Below, in pieces: positions 17,933 through 27,246 of a stretch of DNA of 58,067 bases. Every line of letters begins with the position of its first letter. Position 1 is the stretch's first letter. The notes beneath the pieces were generated by a model, which was given only the letters and a program-made list of their open reading frames with translations, searched no databases and was not told the origin of the DNA. The DNA comes from a virus (Duplodnaviria; Caudoviricetes): IMG/VR virus record IMGVR_UViG_3300031452_000007, positions 1 to 58,067 of that record. One strand, written 5' to 3'. A program made the translations under genes and the position numbers.

Positions 17933-18407
17933 TTCCAGTTGTTGCCGGAAACTCGGCCGGCGCCAGGGCTACCTCCGCCGCCCCATCGGCCACCGGCCCC
18001 ATCAGGCTCTTGGCGCGTTTCTGGCACTCGTCGACGAGAAACTGGAAATCCTCAGGGTCGAGCGCGCCCAACGTTTCATCGGTGAGCGGAATCGGATCAC
18101 CAGGCTGGCCGGCCGCCGCTTGCTCCGGCGTCGGGGCGTAGCGGCTGGTCCAGCGCACGACCATTAGCTTGAGCATGAGCAGGCCAATGGCGATAGAGTC
18201 CGTCTGCTCCTCGGCCAGCGCCTGGCGCTCGTCCTCCGGCATGGCGACGAACTGCGCCTTGGTCATACCGTCGGGCAACGGCATAAAGTGCGCGACTTCC
18301 CGCTGCATCGCCGTGGTGAGCGTGGGACGCAGGTACACTTCGTCGCCGGCGTCCCACCCGTCACGCCGGACCATCTCTCCCTCGTCGGGGCGATAAATCT
18401 TTGGCAT
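17904..18407 (-). CDS. tail assembly chaperone (G)
   Basis: Between tail tube and tape measure genes; acidic. Confidence 0.7.
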   Translation of the reverse strand: MPKIYRPDEGEMVRRDGWDAGDEVYLRPTLTTAMQREVAHFMPLPDGMTKAQFVAMPEDERQALAEEQTDSIAIGLLMLKLMVVRWTSRYAPTPEQAAAGQPGDPIPLTDETLGALDPEDFQFLVDECQKRAKSLMGPVADGAAEVALAPAEFPATTGNDRQGEVPA

Positions 18408-18431
18408 CTCTCGTGTCTCTCCTTACGCCGA

Positions 18432-19385
18432 TTAGCTGCTGTAGGCCGTGGCGGTCGCGTTGACCAGCGTCAGGCCAATGAGATTGCCCGTGGTGTCGGG
18501 CAGCGTCTTGATCGTAAAATCTTCGACGATCGCGTCTTTGATGGCCGCTTTCACGTCGTGCGTCGGGTAGTACGCCGCGCCCGACTTGATCGTCAGTTGC
18601 TTCGCGCCGTTGACCAATTGCGCCTGGATGATCCCCGGCGCCATCATGCGCGTCAAAAAGAGCGCCTGCTCCACGTCGTCGCGGAAGAGCCGGCTGAACT
18701 TCCACTCGACGGTATGAATACCGGGCACAATACTGGTCGGCAGCCCCGCGCCACCGGCGCCGTAGCGGTCCACGTTGGCGAAGCCAATGGTGATCTCTAG
18801 ATCGTCCACGTCCTTCTGCGCCGTCGCCCCGTTGCCCAGGAGGAGCATTGACTGCAGATGCGAGAAGGTGAAGACCTGATCGACCGTGAAGACGGGCGTC
18901 AACAGCGCGGCCGCGACGGGCTCGGCGAGGCCGGTCACCGACAGGGTGCCCTTGAAGGGCGTGGTATGGTTGAGCATCATGACGAGCTTCTCGGGCGTGC
19001 AGCCGGCGTAGGACAGGCAGTTGCCGCCACGCTGGATGTAGAGCGTGAACGTCTTGGGCGCGCGCGGCGTGAGCGTGTGCGTGTAGGGCGCGGCCGTGCC
19101 GGTCACGACGTCCAGCAGCAGGGTCGCGAGGAGCTTCCAGCCCGCGTCACCGCGCACGGGCAGCACGACGTCGCCTTTGACGGAACCGTCGAGTTCGACC
19201 ATCTCCTGCTCGGCGATGAGGGAGCCGCCGGCGGTCTCCAATCCCTGCCGCTTGGGGTCGTACTTCAGGGTGGGCATCTCTTCGACGCGCAGGTAATCGG
19301 TCGCGGGGACGGCCACGCCGGGCGTGACTTCGAGCGCGTAGCCGACGATGACCTGGGAGCCAACGCTCGGTGCGAATACAGTCAT
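18432..19385 (-). CDS. major tail tube protein
   Basis: GYALEVTPG, YTHTLTP, FTLYIQRG and YAGC motifs; position. Confidence 0.8.
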   Translation of the reverse strand: MTVFAPSVGSQVIVGYALEVTPGVAVPATDYLRVEEMPTLKYDPKRQGLETAGGSLIAEQEMVELDGSVKGDVVLPVRGDAGWKLLATLLLDVVTGTAAPYTHTLTPRAPKTFTLYIQRGGNCLSYAGCTPEKLVMMLNHTTPFKGTLSVTGLAEPVAAALLTPVFTVDQVFTFSHLQSMLLLGNGATAQKDVDDLEITIGFANVDRYGAGGAGLPTSIVPGIHTVEWKFSRLFRDDVEQALFLTRMMAPGIIQAQLVNGAKQLTIKSGAAYYPTHDVKAAIKDAIVEDFTIKTLPDTTGNLIGLTLVNATATAYSS

Positions 19386-19394
19386 GGTGTTCTC

Positions 19395-19688
19395 CTACAA
19401 GGTCGGCGTCGTCGGCTCACCGAACGGCGCGAATGGTTGTGGTTGCTCCGGGGCCGGCGTGGGCTCCGGGGCTGGCGCGGGTTGGCCCAGCGGGGCCGCC
19501 TCAACGGGCGTGGGTTGGGCCTGAACCGCGGTCTCCTCAGTGAGCGTAAAATGGGCGCTGACGGCCAGGGCGCGGGCCAGGGCCTCGGGCAGGTCGCGTG
19601 TCTCGCCCGGCTGCCATTCCTCCGGTTGACCCAGCGGGGTCAGGGTCGGCGTGCGCACGACGTCGCCGGCGGTGTTGGTCACATTCAT
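19395..19688 (-). CDS. small virion-associated hypothetical protein
   Basis: Within the structural operon; Pro/Glu-rich tail. Confidence 0.55.
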   Translation of the reverse strand: MNVTNTAGDVVRTPTLTPLGQPEEWQPGETRDLPEALARALAVSAHFTLTEETAVQAQPTPVEAAPLGQPAPAPEPTPAPEQPQPFAPFGEPTTPTL

Positions 19689-19714
19689 TGCATTGTCCTT
19701 TCTAGCGCCAGGGG

Positions 19715-20218
19715 CTAGACGTCGTAGATGACGTCGGTGAAAATCTCGCGGACGCTCACACGGCCATAGCAGCCGATAAATAATTGATCGAGATAGCGGA
19801 TGTACGGCCCCATCGGGTCGAAGTGGACGTCGAAGCTGTCGCCGCAGGACATCACGCGCGGGGTGTTGGCGTTGGCCGGGTCCGTCAGCAGGTAGACCGA
19901 GCGGCGCGCGAAGGCGGCGTCGAGCGCGGCCACGGTCTGGTACATATCCGTGACGGCCTGCGTCTTGGTCTCCCCGACGAGCGACGCGGGCGCGTGCAGG
20001 TAGACGAAGCCGTACAGGTTCTGCTCCTGCTCCGGGTTGCCGTCCATCTGGCCGCGGTTGCCGGGCCAGACCTGCTTGGTGCGCAGATCCATCAGGAAGA
20101 AATTGATCGAGGGCAGGGTCGGATTGTCGATGTCGAAGGGACGGTCAAGCACGGGCACCGGCGCCAGCAGCGGCGTCAGGACCGTGGTCAGGGTCGTGAG
20201 TGTGTCGTTGAAGCTCAT
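19715..20218 (-). CDS. putative tail terminator
   Basis: Synteny before the tail tube gene. Confidence 0.55.
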   Translation of the reverse strand: MSFNDTLTTLTTVLTPLLAPVPVLDRPFDIDNPTLPSINFFLMDLRTKQVWPGNRGQMDGNPEQEQNLYGFVYLHAPASLVGETKTQAVTDMYQTVAALDAAFARRSVYLLTDPANANTPRVMSCGDSFDVHFDPMGPYIRYLDQLFIGCYGRVSVREIFTDVIYDV

Positions 20219-20751
20219 CAGCGGCCGGCCTCCGACACGGAGGCGTGCAGCGCGGCCGCCAGGCGCAGGCCCAGCGCGCGGAACGCCACCTCGTCCTTCG
20301 CCTGTTGCCGATCAAAGGCGTCGACCAAGCCCTGATTGACCTGCACACCACTGACCTCGTGGCCGCGGCTAAAGGCAAACGAACCGCCAACGCTAAAGGC
20401 AAGCGCGCCCGGCCGTCCATTCGCACCCAGCCGGCCGGCGATCGGAGCGATGAAATGAGCCTGCGTCCCGGTGAACAGGAACGGCAGGTAGGGCGCGGCG
20501 TTCGCGACACTAACAGAGCCGTCAGGGCCACGCTGATACGTCCATTGATCTTGCGCATGGGTCTTCCCCTCTGGCTGTAGGGGCGTGTCCTGGGCGCGGG
20601 GCGTCGCGGCGCGCAGGTCACGCGTCGCGGCCTGGGCCATGGCATCGGCGGCCAGTCGGAGCGCGGGCGCGATCGTGAGACGGGCGCGTTCCATAGCCGC
20701 GGCGGCGCGGGTGAGGGCGCGTGTGTCGATGCTGATAGTCTCGGTCGCCAC
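20218..20751 (-). CDS. putative neck/tail completion protein (HK97 gp10-like)
   Basis: APYLPFLFTGTQAHFIAP motif; GTG start overlapping the previous stop. Confidence 0.6.
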   Translation of the reverse strand: MATETISIDTRALTRAAAAMERARLTIAPALRLAADAMAQAATRDLRAATPRAQDTPLQPEGKTHAQDQWTYQRGPDGSVSVANAAPYLPFLFTGTQAHFIAPIAGRLGANGRPGALAFSVGGSFAFSRGHEVSGVQVNQGLVDAFDRQQAKDEVAFRALGLRLAAALHASVSEAGR

Positions 20752-21053
20752 TACTTCATCCCTCCCGCGAGTTCCAGGTCCGTCGCCGGCAGGGAGCCGG
20801 TCAGGCGCGTGACCGACGACACGCGGTAGTTCACGACCTCGGGTAGCGCCGTAAAGCCGTCCAATGATTGGATCACGAGCCGGTCGCCCGCGACCCAATC
20901 GGCCAGGGCATCGGCGCGGACGTGCGTCGGGATAATCCCGCCCGCCGCGTTGATGGTCTCGGCGCGGGACGGATACACGACCTGGACACGCGCAGGCGCG
21001 CCCAGCGGCGCGCCTCCCCGGACCTGTTGCGCCGTGGCGTTCGGGAAGAACAC
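20751..21053 (-). CDS. putative head closure protein
   Basis: 100 aa, GDRLVI...YRV pattern; synteny. Confidence 0.5.
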   Translation of the reverse strand: MFFPNATAQQVRGGAPLGAPARVQVVYPSRAETINAAGGIIPTHVRADALADWVAGDRLVIQSLDGFTALPEVVNYRVSSVTRLTGSLPATDLELAGGMK

Positions 21054-21055
21054 GA

Positions 21056-21568
21056 TTAAACCGCGTAGCCGCCGCTATTGAGCAGGCCGTGCCCCTCGGT
21101 CTTCTGCAGCGCGATCCCCTGTGCGTTGAGATAATCGGCCGTCTCCTGGGAGGGCGTGCCCGTCACGGTCGTGGCAAACTCCTTCGCGGCCGGGCTGGCC
21201 GGTGGCCCCCCTTGCTCATGTTGATAGAGTTCACCGAGGACGCGCCGGACGAACTCCTCCGCCGCATGCGAGAGCGTGTGACCGTCCGTGGCCAGCGTCT
21301 CACGGATATGGTCAAGGCCCTGACGCCAGTCGAGCGACGCCTCCGTTTCTGGGCCGACCGGCTCCCCGGTGGGTCCCGTGTTGTACAGGCTCGCGGCCGT
21401 CAGCACGCCGGGCGCGGCGGCGGATTGAGCCGCGGCCTCGGTCACGACGTTGCCGGCCACGGTTGTCGCCGGAGCGGTGGCGCTTGCTGGGGCGGGGACA
21501 ACCGGCGCGGCGGGGGCGGCGGTTGTGGTCGTGGGATCTTGCTTCGTGGTAGTGGTGTCGTCAGCCAT
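21056..21568 (-). CDS. Ala/Thr-rich hypothetical protein
   Basis: GAGGAG RBS; within the head-neck region. Confidence 0.6.
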   Translation of the reverse strand: MADDTTTTKQDPTTTTAAPAAPVVPAPASATAPATTVAGNVVTEAAAQSAAAPGVLTAASLYNTGPTGEPVGPETEASLDWRQGLDHIRETLATDGHTLSHAAEEFVRRVLGELYQHEQGGPPASPAAKEFATTVTGTPSQETADYLNAQGIALQKTEGHGLLNSGGYAV

Positions 21569-21654
21569 GGGTCTGTTCTCCTCTATGATGATGTGTGCGC
21601 GGGACACTCTGCCCGTCATCTGTCTGTCGTCTGTCGGTCGTGTCCGTGGTCACG

Positions 21655-22461
21655 CTACAGGAGCGTGACCACAGTGGTGCGGACCAGTTTATCTAAACGG
21701 TTCTGCGCGGCCTGCGCGAGCGGTGAGCCATAGCCCAGCACGGGTGCGATGCCGCCCTTGCGCCCGACCTGCTGATACTGTTCCTCCTGGTCGGCTGATT
21801 TCCGGCGCACCAGGAAGCCGGCGAAGGGATTGTCGGTCTGCGCGTTGAACGCCTGGTCGAACATGAGCCGTTCCCGCGCGAGGGAGACGGCGGCGGCCCG
21901 GATATCCTCCGGCAGGAGCGGCGCGTGGTACGACGTCGCCGTCGTGCCGTCCGGCGTGGGGTCCGCGATGCCCGTCGTGTACCCCGCCACGTACGTGGCC
22001 GTATAGCCCGTGGCGTAGCCCGGCGCGAGTGACGGACCGTACTGAAAGCCAAAGCCCGCCCCCACGAGCGCGTCGGAGAGGCCCGGCGCCAACGCGTAGA
22101 CGCGCCCCGTGCCGTGGTCCACCGTGAGGTAGGTCAGGAGCACGTTCGAGGGCGCGGTGAACGCGAGCGCGTACGTCAACTGAACCTCCGTAAAAGCCAC
22201 GGTGACGGGACCGGGTGGCAGTGGGCGGTGCTGCAACTCTATCTCGTAGCGCCCCGCGTAGGCCCCCGACTCCATGAATAGCACCGGCCCCTGCTCGGCG
22301 GTGTGGACCTGCAAGGCCGGGGCATAGTGCAGATACGCGCCGATCTCATCCTCCACGGATTGGAACAGTGGCAGCAGGTACGCGTCGGGGTACGCACCGG
22401 CCGCGTTCGCCACGTCGGGACGATTGGCCAGCGCCGCGAAGCGCGCGCGATCGAGCAGCAT
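21655..22461 (-). CDS. head-tail adaptor
   Basis: TYVAGY...LPEDIRAA motif; follows the capsid gene. Confidence 0.7.
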   Translation of the reverse strand: MLLDRARFAALANRPDVANAAGAYPDAYLLPLFQSVEDEIGAYLHYAPALQVHTAEQGPVLFMESGAYAGRYEIELQHRPLPPGPVTVAFTEVQLTYALAFTAPSNVLLTYLTVDHGTGRVYALAPGLSDALVGAGFGFQYGPSLAPGYATGYTATYVAGYTTGIADPTPDGTTATSYHAPLLPEDIRAAAVSLARERLMFDQAFNAQTDNPFAGFLVRRKSADQEEQYQQVGRKGGIAPVLGYGSPLAQAAQNRLDKLVRTTVVTLL

Positions 22462-22760
22462 TAGCGTCCCCTCCCTCCTCTCTCTCCCGGCGCTCCCCAC
22501 CCAGGCTCAGGGGCGCTCGGACGTCGCGCCTGGCCCGCTTGGTTGTCCGTGTCCGTCTTCTCGTCTGAGCCCCCGTCGCGCGCGTCAGAGAGCGGCGTCA
22601 GATGGCCGCTCTCCACCAGCGCGCGGGTCCGGCGCGCATCGGGGCAAAACACGCCCGGCGCGTCCGTGTCGAGGGTCTGTCCCACGGCGACGCGGCGATT
22701 GGGCCAGAGATCCGGCCCGATTGTCCGCGCCACCAGGTACAGCGCCATGCCTATGCGCAC
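22461..22760 (-). CDS. small hypothetical virion protein
   Basis: Directly after the capsid gene. Confidence 0.5.
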   Translation of the reverse strand: MRIGMALYLVARTIGPDLWPNRRVAVGQTLDTDAPGVFCPDARRTRALVESGHLTPLSDARDGGSDEKTDTDNQAGQARRPSAPEPGWGAPGERGGRGR

Positions 22761-22780
22761 CCTATCCTTGTCTGTCGGTC

Positions 22781-24433
22781 CTACGTGAGCCGCACGTCAT
22801 TGCGCACGACGACGGCTTGCGCCTGTCGCGCGTAGATGTCGTGGCGGTAGATGGCGCGCACGAGCACGACGTCGTTCTGGATCGCCGAAATTGTGTTGCC
22901 CTGGCCGTCGACGGCCGTGCCCTCGTCGGACACCTTCATCTCCAGTTCGCCCTTCTGGACGATGGTGATCTGGCTGGCCTCGACGAGCGCGATGGGACTC
23001 GTCGGGTTGCCGCCCGTGGTCGTGAGCGGCAGTTGAGTCGACTCGAAGATCGGCCGGCGGAACAGGGCGGGGCGCTGCAGCAGGAGGTCGCCTACCTGCA
23101 CATCCATGTAGTCCTGGAAGAGGGGGCGGCCATTGGCGTCGGTCACGTTCTGCCACGCCTCGACCATGAGCGGGTGCATCAGCCAGAACTGACGCTTCAT
23201 CGGCACGTTGGCCGTCTTCAGGAGGGTGAACATGTGCGTGGCCATGCGATAGGACGGTTCGTCGCCGGTTGCGGCGTTCGTGTCCGGGACCACCTGGCCG
23301 CCGAAGGCGGCCGTCAGGATGCCCGTGGGGATACCCGCGCCGCCGGGGCCGGTCAGGAAGCTTATATCCTCCTTGAGGCCGACCTCGCGCACGATGTCTT
23401 CCTGCACGATGTCCATCACTTGCGGGTCGCTGTCGTTGACCAGTTCCGCGGAAATGGCCGAGAGGACCGTCAGCTTCTTGAGCTGGGCGGCCACCTGGTC
23501 GAAGGTGGGCTGGGACAGCGGGATCGGCGCGGTTTCGCCCGCGTAGGTGGCACTGGACCCACCCGACAGGCGCGGCTGGCGGTAGAGCGGGGAGGTCACC
23601 GTCTGGATGTTGACGCCCGCGGCGCGCAGGATCGTCTCCGCGTACAGCTTTCCAATCATCTCGCGGCTGAACTCGACGGGGACCAGGTAGCCGCCCGAGG
23701 GGCCGGTCACCGCGCTCGTGGCGCCGCCACCCTCGACTAGGGCCTTGCGGCCACTCCCGATTTGGTAGCCGTGCGCCTCCTGGATCGCGGCGATCTTCGC
23801 CTTGTTGCCAGAGAGCGCCGCGTTGACGAACTCGGGGAAGGTCGCTTTGCTCTGCGGCTTGACGAACGCCTTGCCTGCCGTGACGCTCTTGCGCCCCTGG
23901 CCGTAGCCGTACCCGGTCGCGCTCTTGCGCCCCTGACCCGCGCCGGTGTCGCCCGCGCCACGTCCGTACCCGCCATCCTCCTCGTCGTCCACCAGTTCAC
24001 CGTCGATGACCTCGGGCGCGTCGTAGCGGAACTTGCGGCCGGTGCGGATATCGCCGAGTGCGCCCGCGACCAATGCCTTGATGTCGAGCGGGGAGCCATT
24101 CTCCAGGCCCAGCGCCGCGTTGAGTTCGTCGCTGATCATGCCGCGCACGCGCTCCTGCTCGGCGACGGCCGCCGATTTGACGCCCTGGGCGACGATGGTC
24201 GCGACGCCCTTGGCTTGCTCGCGGATCTTCTGGTCATTGACCGTCTGGCGCAGCGCGATCAACTCGTCGTGGTCGCTGGCGTACTCCTGCTCCTGCTCAC
24301 GCTTGAGGTCGGCGAGCTTGGCCGACTTCTGGCCGATCTCAGCCTCCAGCGCTGACCGTGCGTCGCCGTCGGCGCTGGCAAGCTGCGCGCGGGCGGACTG
24401 AATGGCTTGCTCTAACTGCTTGATAGGGTCCAC
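22781..24433 (-). CDS. major capsid protein, HK97 fold, with long N-terminal scaffold domain
   Basis: GGYLVP, YAGE, ISAELVNDS, WLMHP, DANGRPLF and QNDVVLVRA motifs; coiled-coil N-terminus. Confidence 0.95.
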   Translation of the reverse strand: MDPIKQLEQAIQSARAQLASADGDARSALEAEIGQKSAKLADLKREQEQEYASDHDELIALRQTVNDQKIREQAKGVATIVAQGVKSAAVAEQERVRGMISDELNAALGLENGSPLDIKALVAGALGDIRTGRKFRYDAPEVIDGELVDDEEDGGYGRGAGDTGAGQGRKSATGYGYGQGRKSVTAGKAFVKPQSKATFPEFVNAALSGNKAKIAAIQEAHGYQIGSGRKALVEGGGATSAVTGPSGGYLVPVEFSREMIGKLYAETILRAAGVNIQTVTSPLYRQPRLSGGSSATYAGETAPIPLSQPTFDQVAAQLKKLTVLSAISAELVNDSDPQVMDIVQEDIVREVGLKEDISFLTGPGGAGIPTGILTAAFGGQVVPDTNAATGDEPSYRMATHMFTLLKTANVPMKRQFWLMHPLMVEAWQNVTDANGRPLFQDYMDVQVGDLLLQRPALFRRPIFESTQLPLTTTGGNPTSPIALVEASQITIVQKGELEMKVSDEGTAVDGQGNTISAIQNDVVLVRAIYRHDIYARQAQAVVVRNDVRLT

Positions 24434-24498
24434 TGCTGTTTGTCTCCTTTGCCCGCGCGGCTCATTGGCCGTGGGCTCACTCGCTCATGACGCCGGCG

Positions 24499-25644
24499 TT
24501 AGGTCGCCCTGCCCGTCTGTGTCTCATCAGCGTCCACGCCGGACGCGTTATCGTCTCCGCCGAGACCGGCGGCGGGGTCTATCCCGAAATGGGTCTGGAG
24601 TGTGGCGATGATGCCGCCAATCACGTCTAGGTCCTTCTTGGAGTGCCGCTTGCCGATCTTCTTGCCATGCCCGAACTCCTCAAGCACCTGGGTCGCCGCC
24701 CGGAGCAGTTCCGGCCGGTCGCGCAGCAGCGCCGCCAATGCCGCCTTCTTGCCGTCCCCACTGGTTGGGGTCATGCCTGGCCTGGCCGGTCTGATCGCCT
24801 TGATGCCCTGTCGCCGACGCTGCATCGTGCAGATAGGACAGGAGTCAGGCGTGTGCGCACCCTGAAAGTGCGCCGGTCGATAGAGCAGGTGGTCGTGCAG
24901 CGACTCGTCGCCCTGCGTCTGCGCCATCGACATGGCCTGGCTCCACGCCGGCCGTGAGAGCATCGGTAGGGCGACCTGGTCCACGAGCCCGTCGTCGTCG
25001 ATGGTGGCGTCGCCGTCCACCGTTGTGTCGCCCTCGGCCACGGAGAGGGACGGCGGCATCTCCCCGTAGGCGTCGATGAGCGCCTTGCGGCCCAACGCGA
25101 ACGTCGCCGTTTCCAGGCAGGGCGTGGGCGTGATCGACAACTCCGTCGTGGCCCAGCGCACCAGCGCCTTGCCCGCGCGGATGAAGCCGCCGCCCACGCT
25201 GTAGCCGTTGATCGTGCCCGCCTTGATGCCGGCGTAGACCTCCGCGAAGCGACGCCGCGCGCCAACGTTCTTGAACACCGGGTCCTTGGGGATGAAGGTC
25301 TCGGCGTAGAAACCCTCGCTGTCGAGGTGGGCCTTGATACCGCGTCCGATGCGCCGCGCGCCCAGCGCCGCGTCCAGGCCGTGATGAAAGATGACCATCG
25401 GGGCCGGTTCGGCGGCCCACGCGTCCATCAGGTCCGCGAACGCGCCCCGTGCCTGGTGCTCACCGTCCTGGTCGGTTTCGTTGAAGCGCGAGGCGTAGCC
25501 CTTGGTCAACAGGCCGATCTCGCCGTCGATCTCGACCTCGACCGTCGACTTGATGCCGAAGTCGATGGTCAGCGGCTCCATCGTCGCGCCATCGGGCACG
25601 TCGGGCAGGTCGATGCGCTGCCCCGATGCCAGTGAAAACTTCAC
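24499..25644 (-). CDS. HK97-family prohead protease
   Basis: GYASRF.ETDQDGE, FHH, GYSVGG and ELSITPTP motifs. Confidence 0.9.
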   Translation of the reverse strand: MKFSLASGQRIDLPDVPDGATMEPLTIDFGIKSTVEVEIDGEIGLLTKGYASRFNETDQDGEHQARGAFADLMDAWAAEPAPMVIFHHGLDAALGARRIGRGIKAHLDSEGFYAETFIPKDPVFKNVGARRRFAEVYAGIKAGTINGYSVGGGFIRAGKALVRWATTELSITPTPCLETATFALGRKALIDAYGEMPPSLSVAEGDTTVDGDATIDDDGLVDQVALPMLSRPAWSQAMSMAQTQGDESLHDHLLYRPAHFQGAHTPDSCPICTMQRRRQGIKAIRPARPGMTPTSGDGKKAALAALLRDRPELLRAATQVLEEFGHGKKIGKRHSKKDLDVIGGIIATLQTHFGIDPAAGLGGDDNASGVDADETQTGRAT

Positions 25645-25943
25645 ACGCCCTCCTTTGTGCCGTGTGCCGCTTTGGCCGCCGCGAGCGCCGCTTCAAGGTC
25701 CTCTATCGGCATCTCGTCCAATCGGATGGACGGATCGAGCACGAGAATAGCCGGGAAGGTGAGCCCGCGCTCAACCTGTTCCCGCATCCACGTTGACAGC
25801 CGGCGCACCGTGCTGTCCCGGTCCGCGGACGACATAGCCGCCGGCAACGTCAGCGCATACGTCAGGTCAGGACGCAGCGCGGTGACGGTCCAGGCTATCA
25901 CCTGATCAACCGCTTGGGTGGCGAGGCTCTCGGCGTCGCTCAT
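25641..25943 (-). CDS. hypothetical protein
   Basis: Translationally coupled ORF in the head operon. Confidence 0.55.
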   Translation of the reverse strand: MSDAESLATQAVDQVIAWTVTALRPDLTYALTLPAAMSSADRDSTVRRLSTWMREQVERGLTFPAILVLDPSIRLDEMPIEDLEAALAAAKAAHGTKEGV

Positions 25944-26539
25944 GCGTCCCTCCCGAGGACCATGGCCTCAGACATATCTCCACCCGGCTCAGGCCGCGCG
26001 TTCTGTGTGTCCGTACCCGTTATCGTGACGTCCGGCCGCGCGCACAACGGTTCACCCGTCGGCGGTGGCCCCAGTGGTGTTACCGGCTGGTAGCCGCCGC
26101 TCTCCACGCGCCTCTTCTGTGCGCGTCGCTGGCGATCCACGCGCGACTCATCAGGGGCCGAGCGCTCATCAGACCCATCCTCGTGCGCGTGAACGGTCTG
26201 CTCATAGCGGGGCGTGAACGGAGGGAAGGGCGTGCCCGGCGGCACCCGCGCGAAGGACGGATGCACGACCACGAGCACCAGCTCGCGCGTGCCCTCGTCC
26301 ACGGCCGCGCGCACGAGACACGCGTCGGCCGGTAGCCCCTCGATGCACCGCACGTCAGACGTGGCGCCGTCAGAGGAACCATAGCCCCCCCAGCCCTGTG
26401 TCAGCAGCGCCTGGAGGAGAGCCAGGGACACACGCACCTGGACGACACGTCCCTGAGCCAGCGCGACACGATCCCGCCTCATGTCCTCCCGTGCGTCCAT
26501 CCGTTGTCCCTCCGCTCCTGTGTCTCTCGTGTCCGTCAC
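25940..26539 (-). CDS. hypothetical protein
   Basis: GLPADACLV...HPSFARVPPG segment; coupled to neighbours. Confidence 0.55.
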   Translation of the reverse strand: MTDTRDTGAEGQRMDAREDMRRDRVALAQGRVVQVRVSLALLQALLTQGWGGYGSSDGATSDVRCIEGLPADACLVRAAVDEGTRELVLVVVHPSFARVPPGTPFPPFTPRYEQTVHAHEDGSDERSAPDESRVDRQRRAQKRRVESGGYQPVTPLGPPPTGEPLCARPDVTITGTDTQNARPEPGGDMSEAMVLGRDA

Positions 26540-26541
26540 GC

Positions 26542-27036
26542 CTAATAGACCGCGACTTTACGGGCCACGCCGTTGATCATCAGCGTGACGTACCCGGCCG
26601 GTGTCGCCGGCAGCGCTGCCCCCGCGCCCGCCGCCGGGGCGGCTGTCGTGAAGGCGCCCGCCAGGGGATAGTTACCCAGGCCGGGCGGGTTCATGACCAC
26701 GGCCGAGATGACGTTGGCCGCGACCGTGACGGTCCCCAGCGCGAGGGCGTTGGCCGACGGCGCGGCGGCGGCCAGGCTCCATGCGGGCGCCACGTCCCCG
26801 TTACCCCACACATAGTCGAGCCAGAGGGTATACGTGCCATTGACGGAGTTGTTGGGCAGCGTCGTCGTGACGAGCTGATCGTCCACGACCGTCCCGTCCA
26901 GGAGAACGGCCCACGCTCCGGGCGTGATCGTCACGGTCAGCGCCGCGCCGGCGGCCGTGGCCGCGATACCCGCGAACCCCGACGTGCCCAACGCGGCGAA
27001 GATATCTTCCGGTGTGCGCTCTTGTGGTGATGGCAT
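26542..27036 (-). CDS. putative virion decoration/fibre protein
   Basis: Beta-rich, A/T/V-rich; C-terminal LPATPAGYVTLMING; AGGAG RBS. Confidence 0.5.
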   Translation of the reverse strand: MPSPQERTPEDIFAALGTSGFAGIAATAAGAALTVTITPGAWAVLLDGTVVDDQLVTTTLPNNSVNGTYTLWLDYVWGNGDVAPAWSLAAAAPSANALALGTVTVAANVISAVVMNPPGLGNYPLAGAFTTAAPAAGAGAALPATPAGYVTLMINGVARKVAVY

Positions 27037-27170
27037 GGGTGACTCCTACTTTCGTCTGTGACGTGATCGGCAAAACAAACAACAAAACAACGCTGCATCG
27101 TGGGCGGGCGCATCCGACTGGGGTCCGCCGTCTCGCGTTCCCGCACGCCGGGTCCGCCTGTGTCACGCCG

Positions 27171-27209
27171 ACTATCGGCCATCGGGGACCGGGCGGGCAA
27201 GGGGCCGGG
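27171..27209 (-). promoter_or_regulatory. late-promoter-like motif, copy 4
   Basis: Minus strand CCCGGCCCC-TTGCCC-18-GATAGT, downstream of the portal gene. Confidence 0.65.
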
Positions 27210-27246
27210 CAAGAGAGGATCAGAGGACCGCCACGCGCGCGCCCGC

